From positions 1 through 31,596 of the forward strand of contig JAIRMY010000145.1 of assembly GCA_031258335.1 (NCBI GenBank): a stretch of DNA of 31,596 bases, in the 5' to 3' direction. The notes under the pieces were generated by a model that worked only from the letters and a program-made list of their open reading frames with translations, ran no database searches and was not told the origin of the DNA. The first letter of the stretch is position 1; every line of letters starts with the position of its first letter. Positions 8,473-17,138 of the stretch are shown piece by piece. Made by a program: the position numbers and the translations under genes. This stretch comes from Spirochaetaceae bacterium. GTDB taxonomy: Bacteria; Spirochaetota; Spirochaetia; Treponematales; Breznakiellaceae.

Positions 8473-9232
8473 AATTATTGAACAGGTACGAGATGAAAGG
8501 CTGACCCCTGACGAGGCTGAAAGGCGTATAAACGCTCTGTACCACGGCGACCTGGGCTTTGCCGACCTGGACCTCCAGCGCGAGGCCCGCACCGCCTATC
8601 CCGAAGTCGTCTACTGCGCGGGCAAGACCCGCGAACAGGCCCTGGCTATAATGACCAGAATGCGTGAACACAGCCTTCCCGTCTTTGCGACAAAGGCATC
8701 CAAAGCCATCGCGGACGAAGCCGCCGCCGCCTTCGCCGACACCTCGTACCATGAGCTAAGCCAAACCCTCTCCATAGGCAGCCTGTACACGGAAGCCGAG
8801 CGCGAGGGCCTCGTCGTTGTCGCGGCGGCGGGCACCTCAGACCTGAACGTCGCGTGGGAGGCGGCGCGGACGGCTCAGTTTTTCGGCAGCAATGTCCGCA
8901 TGATTAACGACATAGGCGTCGCCGGCATACACCGCCTGTTTAACCGCCTCGACGAAATACGCGCCGCCCGCGTAATAATCGCCTGCGCCGGCATGGAAGG
9001 CGCCCTAGCCGGGGTAATAGCCGGGCTTGTTTCAGTGCCGGTAATCGCCCTCCCAACCAGCGTAGGCTACGGCGCTTCATTCGGCGGACTCTCCGCCCTG
9101 CTCGGTATGCTGACCTCCTGTGCCCCCGGCATCTCCGTGGTAAACATCAACAACGGCTTCGGCGCCGGCTACCAAGCCAACCTAATAAACCACCCCGCCC
9201 CCGCGCTTTGTGCGGGGATGCGCCAAAATTGA
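8453..9232 (+). CDS. larB: NPN cofactor carboxylase/hydrolase LarB (PurE-like)
   Basis: PEVVYCAGKT, AAAGTSD, DIGVAGIHRL, AGMEGAL, PTSVGYGASFGG and VVNINNGFGA. Confidence 0.93.
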   Translation: MNTAILEIIEQVRDERLTPDEAERRINALYHGDLGFADLDLQREARTAYPEVVYCAGKTREQALAIMTRMREHSLPVFATKASKAIADEAAAAFADTSYHELSQTLSIGSLYTEAEREGLVVVAAAGTSDLNVAWEAARTAQFFGSNVRMINDIGVAGIHRLFNRLDEIRAARVIIACAGMEGALAGVIAGLVSVPVIALPTSVGYGASFGGLSALLGMLTSCAPGISVVNINNGFGAGYQANLINHPAPALCAGMRQN

Positions 9233-9356
9233 AAGAAAACCGCCGGGTTGTCGAAAAAAGCGCTTGACTGGTCGTATTGTTTTATTATATGCTTCGCATG
9301 GAAGTAAGGCTTGTTTGATTTGTTCAAAAACTAGAAAATCTTATAAGGAGTGTGCT

Positions 9357-10346
9357 ATGAATACAAAGAAATTTATCGCCGTCTTCGTGGCGGCGCTTAC
9401 CGTGTCTGCGGTTTTTGCCAAGGGTAAGCAGGATTCAGGCGCCGTTACCGGTGCGGCAACCCGCGAGATCCGCAAGAGTGATAAGCCGGAATTTATTATT
9501 CCTCCGCCTGTAATAGGTGTGGAAGTCCGCGCCGAGGATCAGGCAAACTTTGACGCATTCGTGTGGTCTGCCGATAAGTTAAAGGCAAATTATGATCATG
9601 TGCTCGTGGTCGATGCCCGTGATAAAGCGCAGTACGACGCCGAACACCTACCCGGCGCGGTTCAGTTTAACTGGAGCGACGCCATAGTAATGCCGCTCTT
9701 CGACATCCCTTCCGATGATGTAATCGCGAAGGCCTTTGCAGAACACGGCGTCGACACAACAAAAACAATTGTCGTTTACAACGAACCCCTGATAACGGGT
9801 TGGGGTGAAGAATCCCGTATTCTATGGTTACTGCGGTACCTCGGTATTAACGACAGCTATATCCTTAATGGAGGCATTAACTACTGGAAGGCGCAGGGCG
9901 GGCAAGTGACTAATGAAAAGACTGTTATACCGGCTCTCACGCCTGTTTCCTCTTTCAACCATGCCGAGAGTCTATTGATAGGAACCGATGAGCTTGCCTC
10001 CCGTATTAGCGAGGTTAAACTCTTCGACACACGCTTTGATGACGAGTTTGCCAAAGGCCGTATCCCTGGCTGTAAATTTGTGTGGTTTAAGGATTTCTAC
10101 CATGCTGACGGTACGTACTTTACCCCGGCGGAAACCCGCGCCCGTATAGCCACGCTGGGCTTTAATGAAGATGACGAGATTGTAACTTACTGCCAGGGGG
10201 GTATCCGGTCGAGCCTCCTCGTCATCCTCCTTCAAACAGCGGGCTTCAAAAATCCACGGAACTATAGCGGGAGTTGGGCGGCGTGGACCGCTACAAAGCA
10301 AAAAATTGATGACGTGGTTTACTCGAATATTCCGGCGTATAACTGA
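9357..10346 (+). CDS. Exported two-domain rhodanese/sulfurtransferase (functional analogue of YnjE)
   Basis: Start reassigned to ATG 9357 (SD AAGGAG). Signal peptide MNTKKFIAVFVAALTVSAVFA. Motifs VVDARDKAQYDAEHLPGA, ILNGG..YW, active loop YCQGGIRS and NYSGSWAAW. Confidence 0.88.
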   Translation: MNTKKFIAVFVAALTVSAVFAKGKQDSGAVTGAATREIRKSDKPEFIIPPPVIGVEVRAEDQANFDAFVWSADKLKANYDHVLVVDARDKAQYDAEHLPGAVQFNWSDAIVMPLFDIPSDDVIAKAFAEHGVDTTKTIVVYNEPLITGWGEESRILWLLRYLGINDSYILNGGINYWKAQGGQVTNEKTVIPALTPVSSFNHAESLLIGTDELASRISEVKLFDTRFDDEFAKGRIPGCKFVWFKDFYHADGTYFTPAETRARIATLGFNEDDEIVTYCQGGIRSSLLVILLQTAGFKNPRNYSGSWAAWTATKQKIDDVVYSNIPAYN

Positions 10347-10365
10347 AAAAATCCCGGATAGCGGT

Positions 10366-11373
10366 ATGAAAAACTGGTCAGCTACGGTTAAAGTTTTTAT
10401 TTCCATTGCCCTCGTAGTTGTCCTTGTCGTTACCGCGGACGTGAAAGAGATTGCGGCCACGGTAGTAAACTTCCACCTTCCCTGGCTGTTGCCCGTGCTT
10501 TTTTTCATCTTTTTTGCCGTGGTGATTTCGAGTTTTAAGTGGCAGGCGCTTCTGGGCGCTCAGGGGATGCTTATTCCGTTTGGGAAACTTTTTCAGTACT
10601 ACACTGCGGGATTTTTCTTTAACAATTTTCTGCCGTCAAGCATAGGCTGTGACGGGGTACGGGTGTTGCTTCTCAAAAATGAGTTCAAGTCCTACGCTGG
10701 CGCCGCTTCCTCCGTTGTAATGGAACGTATCCTCGCGGCAATTACGCTCGCTCTCATAGGCCTTGCCGGTTCTTTTTTCGCCGCCGCCCCGGAACGTTTT
10801 GCGGTCATCGCGTTGGCGGCGGTTTTCGCGGCGGGGGTCATCCTCATGCTGGTTTTACTCACAGGCTTTGTGCCAAAAAGCCTCGCCGCCAGAGCCAGGG
10901 AGATTTCCCCGGCGGAAACCCCGGCAAAGTTTTCAGGTAAGCTCGCGAAATTCGCGCTAGGGTGGAAAAACTTCGCCTGCGCTTCTGTCGATCTCCGAAA
11001 ACATCCGGCAAGCCTCGCGCTCTGCCTCGTGGGATCCATTGCCTTTCAGGTAACGGTGGCGCTCAGTCAGCAGATGATAGTCTTTGGACTCCATCTCTCT
11101 CCGATTCCCTGGGGCGACCTCTTTTTCGTTAGCGCCGCCGCATCGGTTCTCGCGATGATTCCTCTGGGAGTCAACGGGTACGGCTTCAGGGAGGGCGGTT
11201 TTATCTACCTTCTCGCGCCGCTGGGTTACACTTCCTCCGAGGCTTTCACTATCTCTATACTGTTTGCGCTGTTTGTCTCGGTGTACAGCCTCCTGGGGGC
11301 GGTATTCTGGGTATCCTGCCAGCGAAGACAGACACGGCAAACCGCTCAAGAAGGACTGCCCAATGAAACTTAG
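10366..11373 (+). CDS. Lysylphosphatidylglycerol-synthase TM / flippase-like membrane protein (UPF0104 type)
   Basis: Multi-TM protein with KWQALL, AGFFFNNFLPSSIGCDGVRV, SSVVMERI and IPLGVNGYGFREG. Likely start ATG 10366. Confidence 0.85.
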   Translation: MKNWSATVKVFISIALVVVLVVTADVKEIAATVVNFHLPWLLPVLFFIFFAVVISSFKWQALLGAQGMLIPFGKLFQYYTAGFFFNNFLPSSIGCDGVRVLLLKNEFKSYAGAASSVVMERILAAITLALIGLAGSFFAAAPERFAVIALAAVFAAGVILMLVLLTGFVPKSLAARAREISPAETPAKFSGKLAKFALGWKNFACASVDLRKHPASLALCLVGSIAFQVTVALSQQMIVFGLHLSPIPWGDLFFVSAAASVLAMIPLGVNGYGFREGGFIYLLAPLGYTSSEAFTISILFALFVSVYSLLGAVFWVSCQRRQTRQTAQEGLPNET

Positions 11374-12067
11374 CAAAAAACACGCACTAATAATCTCCCG
11401 CATTTCAATCGCCGCGCTCATCGTACTCGCTTTCGCCGTACCCCAAAGTCGGAGGCTCATCTTCCATGTAGCGGGCATTCTCGCGAGTACAGACCTTGAA
11501 CCGGTCAAGGCGTATATCCTTTCATTCGGCCCGCTGGCGGTGATTGTGTCATTTCTGCTAATGGTAGCCCAGTCCATAGCCGCGCCCTTTCCGGCTTTTC
11601 TCATTACCCTGACGAATGCCGCCATATTTGGCTGGTGGCGGGGTGCGCTCCTTTCATGGGCTAGCGCGATGGCCGGGGCGGCAATCTGCTTCGGCCTCGC
11701 CCGACTCTTCGGCAGGGAGTTCGTGGAAAAACTAAGCGGTAAGATGAGCATAGAGTCAATCGACGACTTCTTTCTCCGCTACGGCGCACGATCCATCGTC
11801 ATTGCCCGGCTGCTGCCCTTCGTCCCATTCGATCCGGTGAGCTATGCCGCAGGACTCACGAAGATGAGCTTCATCGGGTTCTTCATCGCCACCGGCATAG
11901 GGCAGACTCCGGCTACCATAGTCTACTCTTACTTCGGCTCCACGCTGGGCGGCGGAACAAAACTATTCTTCAACGGTCTCTGCGTGATGTTTGCCGTTGT
12001 GGGCATAACCGTAGTGGCAAAGTCAATTTATAAACGCAAAAAACAGGAAAATGAAAGTGGCGAATGA
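11363..12067 (+). CDS. TVP38/TMEM64 (DedA superfamily, VTT domain) membrane protein, YdjZ-like
   Basis: QSIAAPFPAFLITLTNAAIFGWWRGALLSW and ARLLPFVPFDPVSYAAGLT. Likely start ATG 11363, overlapping the upstream stop. Confidence 0.9.
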   Translation: MKLSKKHALIISRISIAALIVLAFAVPQSRRLIFHVAGILASTDLEPVKAYILSFGPLAVIVSFLLMVAQSIAAPFPAFLITLTNAAIFGWWRGALLSWASAMAGAAICFGLARLFGREFVEKLSGKMSIESIDDFFLRYGARSIVIARLLPFVPFDPVSYAAGLTKMSFIGFFIATGIGQTPATIVYSYFGSTLGGGTKLFFNGLCVMFAVVGITVVAKSIYKRKKQENESGE

Positions 12068-12620
12068 TCCACGCGGTTTCACCGGAGAGGTAGTCCACGC
12101 CGAGGTCTCTGTGCAGGGACTCAAGTATTTTCGTGACGGTTTATACTGTAGCGAGGCAATGTTCAGAGCCTTCAACGAGGTCTTTGGACTCGGTATTCCT
12201 GTCGAATACTATAGGTTTCTGACGGGCTTCGGATCGGGGCTTGGCGAGTCGGGTTGTGTCTGCGGCGCGGTTACCGGTTGCGTGATGGCGCTCTCCGCCA
12301 TCGCCGGGCGCGCCGAAACCTACGAATCCGAACACGACCTCTACCGGTCGGTACACGAACTGCACGAAGAATTCAAAAGGCATCACAGGGCGCTCTGTTG
12401 CCGTGTACTCTCCGCGGGCTTCAAATGGAAATCAAGAGAGCACAGGATTCACTGCGAGAACTATATTTTGACCGCCGGGGATCTTACTGACCGCCTTTTC
12501 AACGGCTCTCTTAGGGACTACCTACCGCCGGCGCCGGGCATTGTGAAAAAGCCTCCCATGAAAAAAACTCCCCTGGCCTTAATCCGCCGTATTGCTTCCG
12601 CGGTAGAACGGGAGTCTTGA
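12051..12620 (+). CDS. C-GCAxxG-C-C family putative redox protein
   Basis: GLYCSEA, GFGSGLGESGCVCGAVTG, ALCCRVL and HCENY Cys pattern. Confidence 0.85.
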   Translation: MKVANDPRGFTGEVVHAEVSVQGLKYFRDGLYCSEAMFRAFNEVFGLGIPVEYYRFLTGFGSGLGESGCVCGAVTGCVMALSAIAGRAETYESEHDLYRSVHELHEEFKRHHRALCCRVLSAGFKWKSREHRIHCENYILTAGDLTDRLFNGSLRDYLPPAPGIVKKPPMKKTPLALIRRIASAVERES

Positions 12621-13222
12621 TGCTTGATACAAGTTTAAGGAAACACATCTCCTTTCTCTTTGACGGCGGCGCGGCTTTTTTTGAAAAACTAAAGATTTCC
12701 CCCATATGTGTAACCTTTATCGCTTTTGTTACAGGACTCATCGCAAGCGGAGCTTACCTTCTTGGTTTCCCACTGGCGGCGGTTGTTGTCTTGTGGATAT
12801 CAGGCTGGTTAGACGCGGTGGATGGAACCCTGGCCCGGCGTACCGGTAAAACCAGCAAACTCGGCGCCTTTCTTGACGTTTGGTTTGACCGGGCCGTCGA
12901 GGGTTGCATACTGCTCAGTCTGGGCATTAAACACCCCGGAGCGTCTTTTTCACTTTTATGTTCCGCCTTGGCGATCATTTTGTCCATGACCGCGTTTTTG
13001 TTGACCGGCGCCTTTGTTGAAAATAAAACCAAAAAAAGTTTTTTTTATCAGTCGGGTATCATGGAGAGAAGCGAAGGATTTATAATATTTTCGCTAATGT
13101 GGCTCTTGCCTAAATATCTTGATCTGTTGTCATATCTGTGTGCCGCGCTGATTTTATTTACCGCCTGCCAGCGGGTACTGCTGACAGTATTAGCCTTAAA
13201 ACAAGAAGGAGAAAAACCATGA
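12617..13222 (+). CDS. CDP-alcohol phosphatidyltransferase family protein (YnjF-like)
   Basis: Complete D-x2-DG-x2-AR-x8-G-x3-D-x3-D motif: DAVDGTLARRTGKTSKLGAFLDVWFD. Also KSFFYQSGIMERSEG. Confidence 0.88.
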   Translation: MMLDTSLRKHISFLFDGGAAFFEKLKISPICVTFIAFVTGLIASGAYLLGFPLAAVVVLWISGWLDAVDGTLARRTGKTSKLGAFLDVWFDRAVEGCILLSLGIKHPGASFSLLCSALAIILSMTAFLLTGAFVENKTKKSFFYQSGIMERSEGFIIFSLMWLLPKYLDLLSYLCAALILFTACQRVLLTVLALKQEGEKP

Positions 13223-14394
13223 AGAAATTATGTATTGCGCTTTGTTTGCCGCTGCTATTTTTAAGCTGTAATAAAGAAACGCCTCCTGTTGTCCTAAGCG
13301 GATGGGGAGGAAATCCGAATGTAAACGCCTGGATAGGAGGAGAACTCGTTCCCTTTATTGAGAGAACCGAAGGGGTAAAAGCCGTCTGGTCTCCCATGAA
13401 CATTGATGAGATACTGGCAAAACTGGAAAATGAAAAAAATGCAGACGCCAAAGGCACGATAGACGTGGTCTGGATAAACGGCGAGAATTTCCGCTATGCC
13501 AAAGAGCACGGACTGCTGGAAGAAGGGTTTCTTTCAAGCCTTGACAACGCGAAAAAATACCTTGACCTCGGCGATGAAAAAAACATCAATGATTTTGCCT
13601 ATCCTACGGGACTCTCCGAATCTCCTTGGGGGAGGGCTCAGTTTATCTTCGCCGCCGATACCGCAAAGGCCCCGTCTCCTCCCAAAAGCGCAAAAGAACT
13701 GAGGGCTTTTCTTGAAGAACATCCGGGGACTTTTACCTACCCTGAGTCAAATGATTTCACGGCTTCCGCTTTTCTGCGGGTACTGATATACGATATCGTC
13801 GGTTTCGATGCGGTAAAAGATCTTCCGGCGGATAAGGCGCTAATCGCCCGTGTCATTCAGCCTGTGTTCGATTATCTTAACGCTATCGAACCCTTGCTCT
13901 GGCGGAGTGGTACAACCTATCCCAAAACCGTAGCCCAGCTTGATGAACTCTTTCAGGATGGGAGCGTGTACTTTACCATGGATTACAATTCCTACAAGAG
14001 CTATTCCCAGATAAACGACGGACGCTGGCCGACGAGCGCCCGGACTTTTGTCTGGGACAATGGAACGCCCAGCAATACCCATTTTCTTGCCATACCTTTC
14101 AACAGCCAAAACAAGGAAGGCGCTAAAAAAGCGATCAACGCATCGCTTTCGCCAGATATGCAGGCGTCAAAGGCCAGACTTTCAGGCTGGGGCGATGCCC
14201 CCGTGATCGATTTCAACAAGCTGACGCCAGACGAAAAAAATATATTCGCCGAGAACCTAGTCGGACTCAATCCCGTGGCGGCCGCTTCCTTGCTTTCTGA
14301 CGAAGAACTGGGATCCCATGCCCAAGCGGAACTGGCAGGCGATGTGGTGGTTGTCATTGAGCAACTCTGGCAGGAAGAAGTGCTTTTGAAATAG
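13219..14394 (+). CDS. ynjB: ABC transporter substrate-binding lipoprotein, YnjB family
   Basis: Start ATG 13219 (SD AAGGAG) and lipobox LLFLSC. YnjB-type motifs GWGG...N.W, IDVVWINGENF, PWGRAQF, FTYPESNDFTASAFL and NTHFLAIPFNS. Confidence 0.82.
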   Translation: MKKLCIALCLPLLFLSCNKETPPVVLSGWGGNPNVNAWIGGELVPFIERTEGVKAVWSPMNIDEILAKLENEKNADAKGTIDVVWINGENFRYAKEHGLLEEGFLSSLDNAKKYLDLGDEKNINDFAYPTGLSESPWGRAQFIFAADTAKAPSPPKSAKELRAFLEEHPGTFTYPESNDFTASAFLRVLIYDIVGFDAVKDLPADKALIARVIQPVFDYLNAIEPLLWRSGTTYPKTVAQLDELFQDGSVYFTMDYNSYKSYSQINDGRWPTSARTFVWDNGTPSNTHFLAIPFNSQNKEGAKKAINASLSPDMQASKARLSGWGDAPVIDFNKLTPDEKNIFAENLVGLNPVAAASLLSDEELGSHAQAELAGDVVVVIEQLWQEEVLLK

Positions 14395-14437
14395 GGATGC
14401 CGCCTGTGGGCAGTGATTATCCCTTGCAAAAAGCGAT

Positions 14438-15322
14438 ATGGTTAAGGCTTCACGGGGTACTTCCGTTTACTGCGGAACGAGCCTCCGGTCAAATCAATAC
14501 AACGCTCAAAATGCCGTGCGGAGGCTCATTCTGTCCGCCGCGGCATTGTCCCCGGCTGTTATACTGGTAGCCGCCATTACCACCGCCGCCGCCGGGCAGG
14601 CGCTGATGGCCGGGAAAGACGGGTACGCCGCTCTCTTGGCTTCTCCTTTTTTTAAAAAAGCCGTGGTTTTTTCTTTTCTTGTCGCGGTCTTTTGCGCCTT
14701 AATCTCCGTTTTTGCGGGCGCTTTCCTGGCCTTTCTTTTCTGTGAAAAAACCGGAGGCGTTATATTTCTTGCGAATATCTATGTAGCGCTACCTTACCTC
14801 GCCGCCGCTTCCTTTGTCGCTAATACCTTCGGCGATAACGGCCTTGCGGCGCATTTGGTCAAGATTATTTTTCCCCCCTTACGCGGCACCGGAATACGGT
14901 ATAATCCTATTGGGGTCGGGGTCATTATCGCCTGCATATATAAGCAGATTCCCTTCGTGTTTTTAACGTTAAGCGCCTTTTTCCGCGGCTTACGGGAAAA
15001 GTTTTACGATACGGCATGTACCCTGGGCACCCGGCCGATTACGATTTTTTTTAAGGTATACCTCCCCAATGCCGTCCGCCCTTTGGCGGGCGCCGCCATA
15101 CTCATCTTTCAATTTACCCTTTTTAACTATGAGGCTTTCGCCTTTCTGGGACCTTCATCGCCCAAGGGACTTGGCGAACTGCTCATCATGTTCTACTATT
15201 CCGCTGATGCTTCCCCAAAAAAGATAGCCATGGCCCTCTGCGCCTTACAGATCGCGTTTACCATTATTACCGCCGCCGCTCTGGCGGTCATCATCTTTGG
15301 GGGGAGAAAAAAGGAATTTTGA
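14438..15322 (+). CDS. ABC importer permease (YnjC N-half-like); true start possibly GTG 14516
   Basis: Multi-TM protein with YKQIPFV and a degenerate EAA loop (DTACTLGTRPITIFFKVYLP). Confidence 0.75.
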   Translation: MVKASRGTSVYCGTSLRSNQYNAQNAVRRLILSAAALSPAVILVAAITTAAAGQALMAGKDGYAALLASPFFKKAVVFSFLVAVFCALISVFAGAFLAFLFCEKTGGVIFLANIYVALPYLAAASFVANTFGDNGLAAHLVKIIFPPLRGTGIRYNPIGVGVIIACIYKQIPFVFLTLSAFFRGLREKFYDTACTLGTRPITIFFKVYLPNAVRPLAGAAILIFQFTLFNYEAFAFLGPSSPKGLGELLIMFYYSADASPKKIAMALCALQIAFTIITAAALAVIIFGGRKKEF

Positions 15323-16119
15323 AAAGAGCCGCCGGTATTGTCATTACTGTTTTGGGACTGCTTCCGCTTGTTTCCATACTGCTCTGGACCTTTGTTTCCC
15401 GTTGGCCCCTAACGGAAAGTCTTCCGGTTTTAAGCGTCAAGGCATGGCATATCCTTGACGCGGACGATTTCTACGCCCTCCTGAGAGCCGCTTCCTATTC
15501 GGCGCTGGTCGCCTTCGTTTCATGCGCCTTGGCGGTGGCGGTCTCCCGTTCCCTGCTCAATCTTGGACTTGGTACAGCGACTCTTTTTGAGGCTTTCTTC
15601 TGTTTTCCCGCCCTGCTTCCGGTGCTTTCCGTAGTTCTAGGAACACATCAGTTTTCTCTAAGGGTATTAGGCGGTAGTTTAACCGTTCCGATGTTTTTAC
15701 TCTATACCTTTTTTTCTTTTCCGTATGCCTTCAGGCTCATCTATCCCCCCTACCGGGCGGGGATAAATCCCGTCAGGGAGATCGCTTTTACCCTCGGAGC
15801 CGATTCACTACAGACATTTTTTTTCGTTGAGTTTCCGCTTCTTGTTCCTTTCCTAGGGACAGCCTTTGTTTTTTCCTACTCAGTTGCATACGGTCAGTAT
15901 CTTATTGAGGCTTTTTTTCTGGCGGATACCTCAAAGGTTTTTTCGGTACCGATGGCGGAAACATTAACCGGAGCGAACCGGAGCGCCTCCGCCGTCTTTA
16001 CCCTGTACTATACTCTTTTCGGTATCGTAGCGCTGGGTCTACCGCCCGCAATAGACAGGATTAGAGAAAATGAAAAACGAAAAAAAAGAAAAGCAGGCAA
16101 CCCGGAGGAAAGGGTTTGA
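15319..16119 (+). CDS. ABC importer permease (YnjC C-half-like)
   Basis: Multi-TM protein with EIAFTLGADSLQTFFFVEFP loop and FSYSVAYGQY. Overlaps both neighbours by 4 nt. Confidence 0.78.
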   Translation: MKRAAGIVITVLGLLPLVSILLWTFVSRWPLTESLPVLSVKAWHILDADDFYALLRAASYSALVAFVSCALAVAVSRSLLNLGLGTATLFEAFFCFPALLPVLSVVLGTHQFSLRVLGGSLTVPMFLLYTFFSFPYAFRLIYPPYRAGINPVREIAFTLGADSLQTFFFVEFPLLVPFLGTAFVFSYSVAYGQYLIEAFFLADTSKVFSVPMAETLTGANRSASAVFTLYYTLFGIVALGLPPAIDRIRENEKRKKRKAGNPEERV

Positions 16120-16943
16120 AGGGAATCGAAGTTTCAAATCTCTCATGGAGGGCGGGAAGCCATCAAATACTCAAAAGCATCAGTTTCGATATTGAAAAAG
16201 GAAGTACTTTTTCTCTTATTGGACCGTCCGGGGGCGGTAAGACCTCGCTACTCCGCTGCATAGCCGGTCTTATCAGAAATTACACAGGCTTCGTGGCCGT
16301 CGATGGCGCCGGTACCGATACTCTGCCGCCTGAACGCCGCAATACGGTGTTGATGCGCCAACAGGGCGCGGTTTTTCCGCATCTTACGGCGCTTGAAAAT
16401 ATAGCGTTTGGCCTTAAAATACGCCGCAGGAGCAGAGAAGAAATCCGCGAAACAACGGAAAAATTCCTTTCGATGATAGGGCTTACGGCGAAGGCTCGTT
16501 ACTATCCTGCCGAACTTTCGGCGGGTCAGTGCCAGCGCATAGCCCTGGCCATGGCGCTGGCGGTTAAACCGGCGGCCATACTTCTTGACGAGCCTTTTTC
16601 AAATCTAGATCCCGTAACAACCAAAGATATACGAGGCGTTACAGCGGAACTTATCTCCTCCCTGGGGATTACAACGGTGTTGGCCACCCACGACTGGGAA
16701 GACGCTTTCCTCTTTGGGGCTAAAACCGCGTTGCTGCTCGACGGCTGTTTATATCCGCTAGACGAAGATGGAATCTGCGAAAACAATACGGCGCTTGCCT
16801 TCCTCAAGGGTCTGCGTGTCATTAAAGGAACCGTCTCGGACGGCGTTTTTTCGTCTCCCGGCGTTTCCTTTCCCGCCGCTTTAGAAGCCGGTGAATATCG
16901 CGCCTTAGTTCAGGAGGGATCGGTAACAATTCTTTCATGGTGA
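16116..16943 (+). CDS. ABC importer ATP-binding subunit (YnjD/PotA-like)
   Basis: Walker A GPSGGGKT, signature LSAGQCQR, Walker B ILLDEP and H-loop THD. Confidence 0.9.
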   Translation: MKGIEVSNLSWRAGSHQILKSISFDIEKGSTFSLIGPSGGGKTSLLRCIAGLIRNYTGFVAVDGAGTDTLPPERRNTVLMRQQGAVFPHLTALENIAFGLKIRRRSREEIRETTEKFLSMIGLTAKARYYPAELSAGQCQRIALAMALAVKPAAILLDEPFSNLDPVTTKDIRGVTAELISSLGITTVLATHDWEDAFLFGAKTALLLDGCLYPLDEDGICENNTALAFLKGLRVIKGTVSDGVFSSPGVSFPAALEAGEYRALVQEGSVTILSW

Positions 16944-17080
16944 TATTAACCTGCTTCCCTGTGCATTAATTTTCCCAGCCGTATTGACAGAAAATCTTTT
17001 TTCTGTAATCCTAGTATTCCTATGTAATATATCAAATAGGGAAGGGGGTAAAATGAAAATGATAGTAAAAGCTAACAATA

Positions 17081-17109
17081 TTGACAATAATATCTTTCAC
17101 GTATACTAT
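17081..17109 (+). promoter_or_regulatory. Probable sigma70 promoter
   Basis: TTGACA (17081-17086), 17 nt, TACTAT (17104-17109), in an AT-rich gap 30 nt before ATG 17139. Confidence 0.5.
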
Positions 17110-17138
17110 TTGGCAATACTGAATACAAGGGAGCGATT

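Noticed and set aside
9138-9170. LarB VVNINNGFG instead of the usual VVNIDNGFG
   Set aside because: It is a single conservative change and all other motifs are intact. I cannot judge its significance without an alignment.
12051-12620. Selenocysteine read-through in the Cys-rich proteins
   Set aside because: No internal TGA occurs at Cys-motif positions. The terminal TGA overlaps the next ATG, and the 24104 protein ends in TAA.
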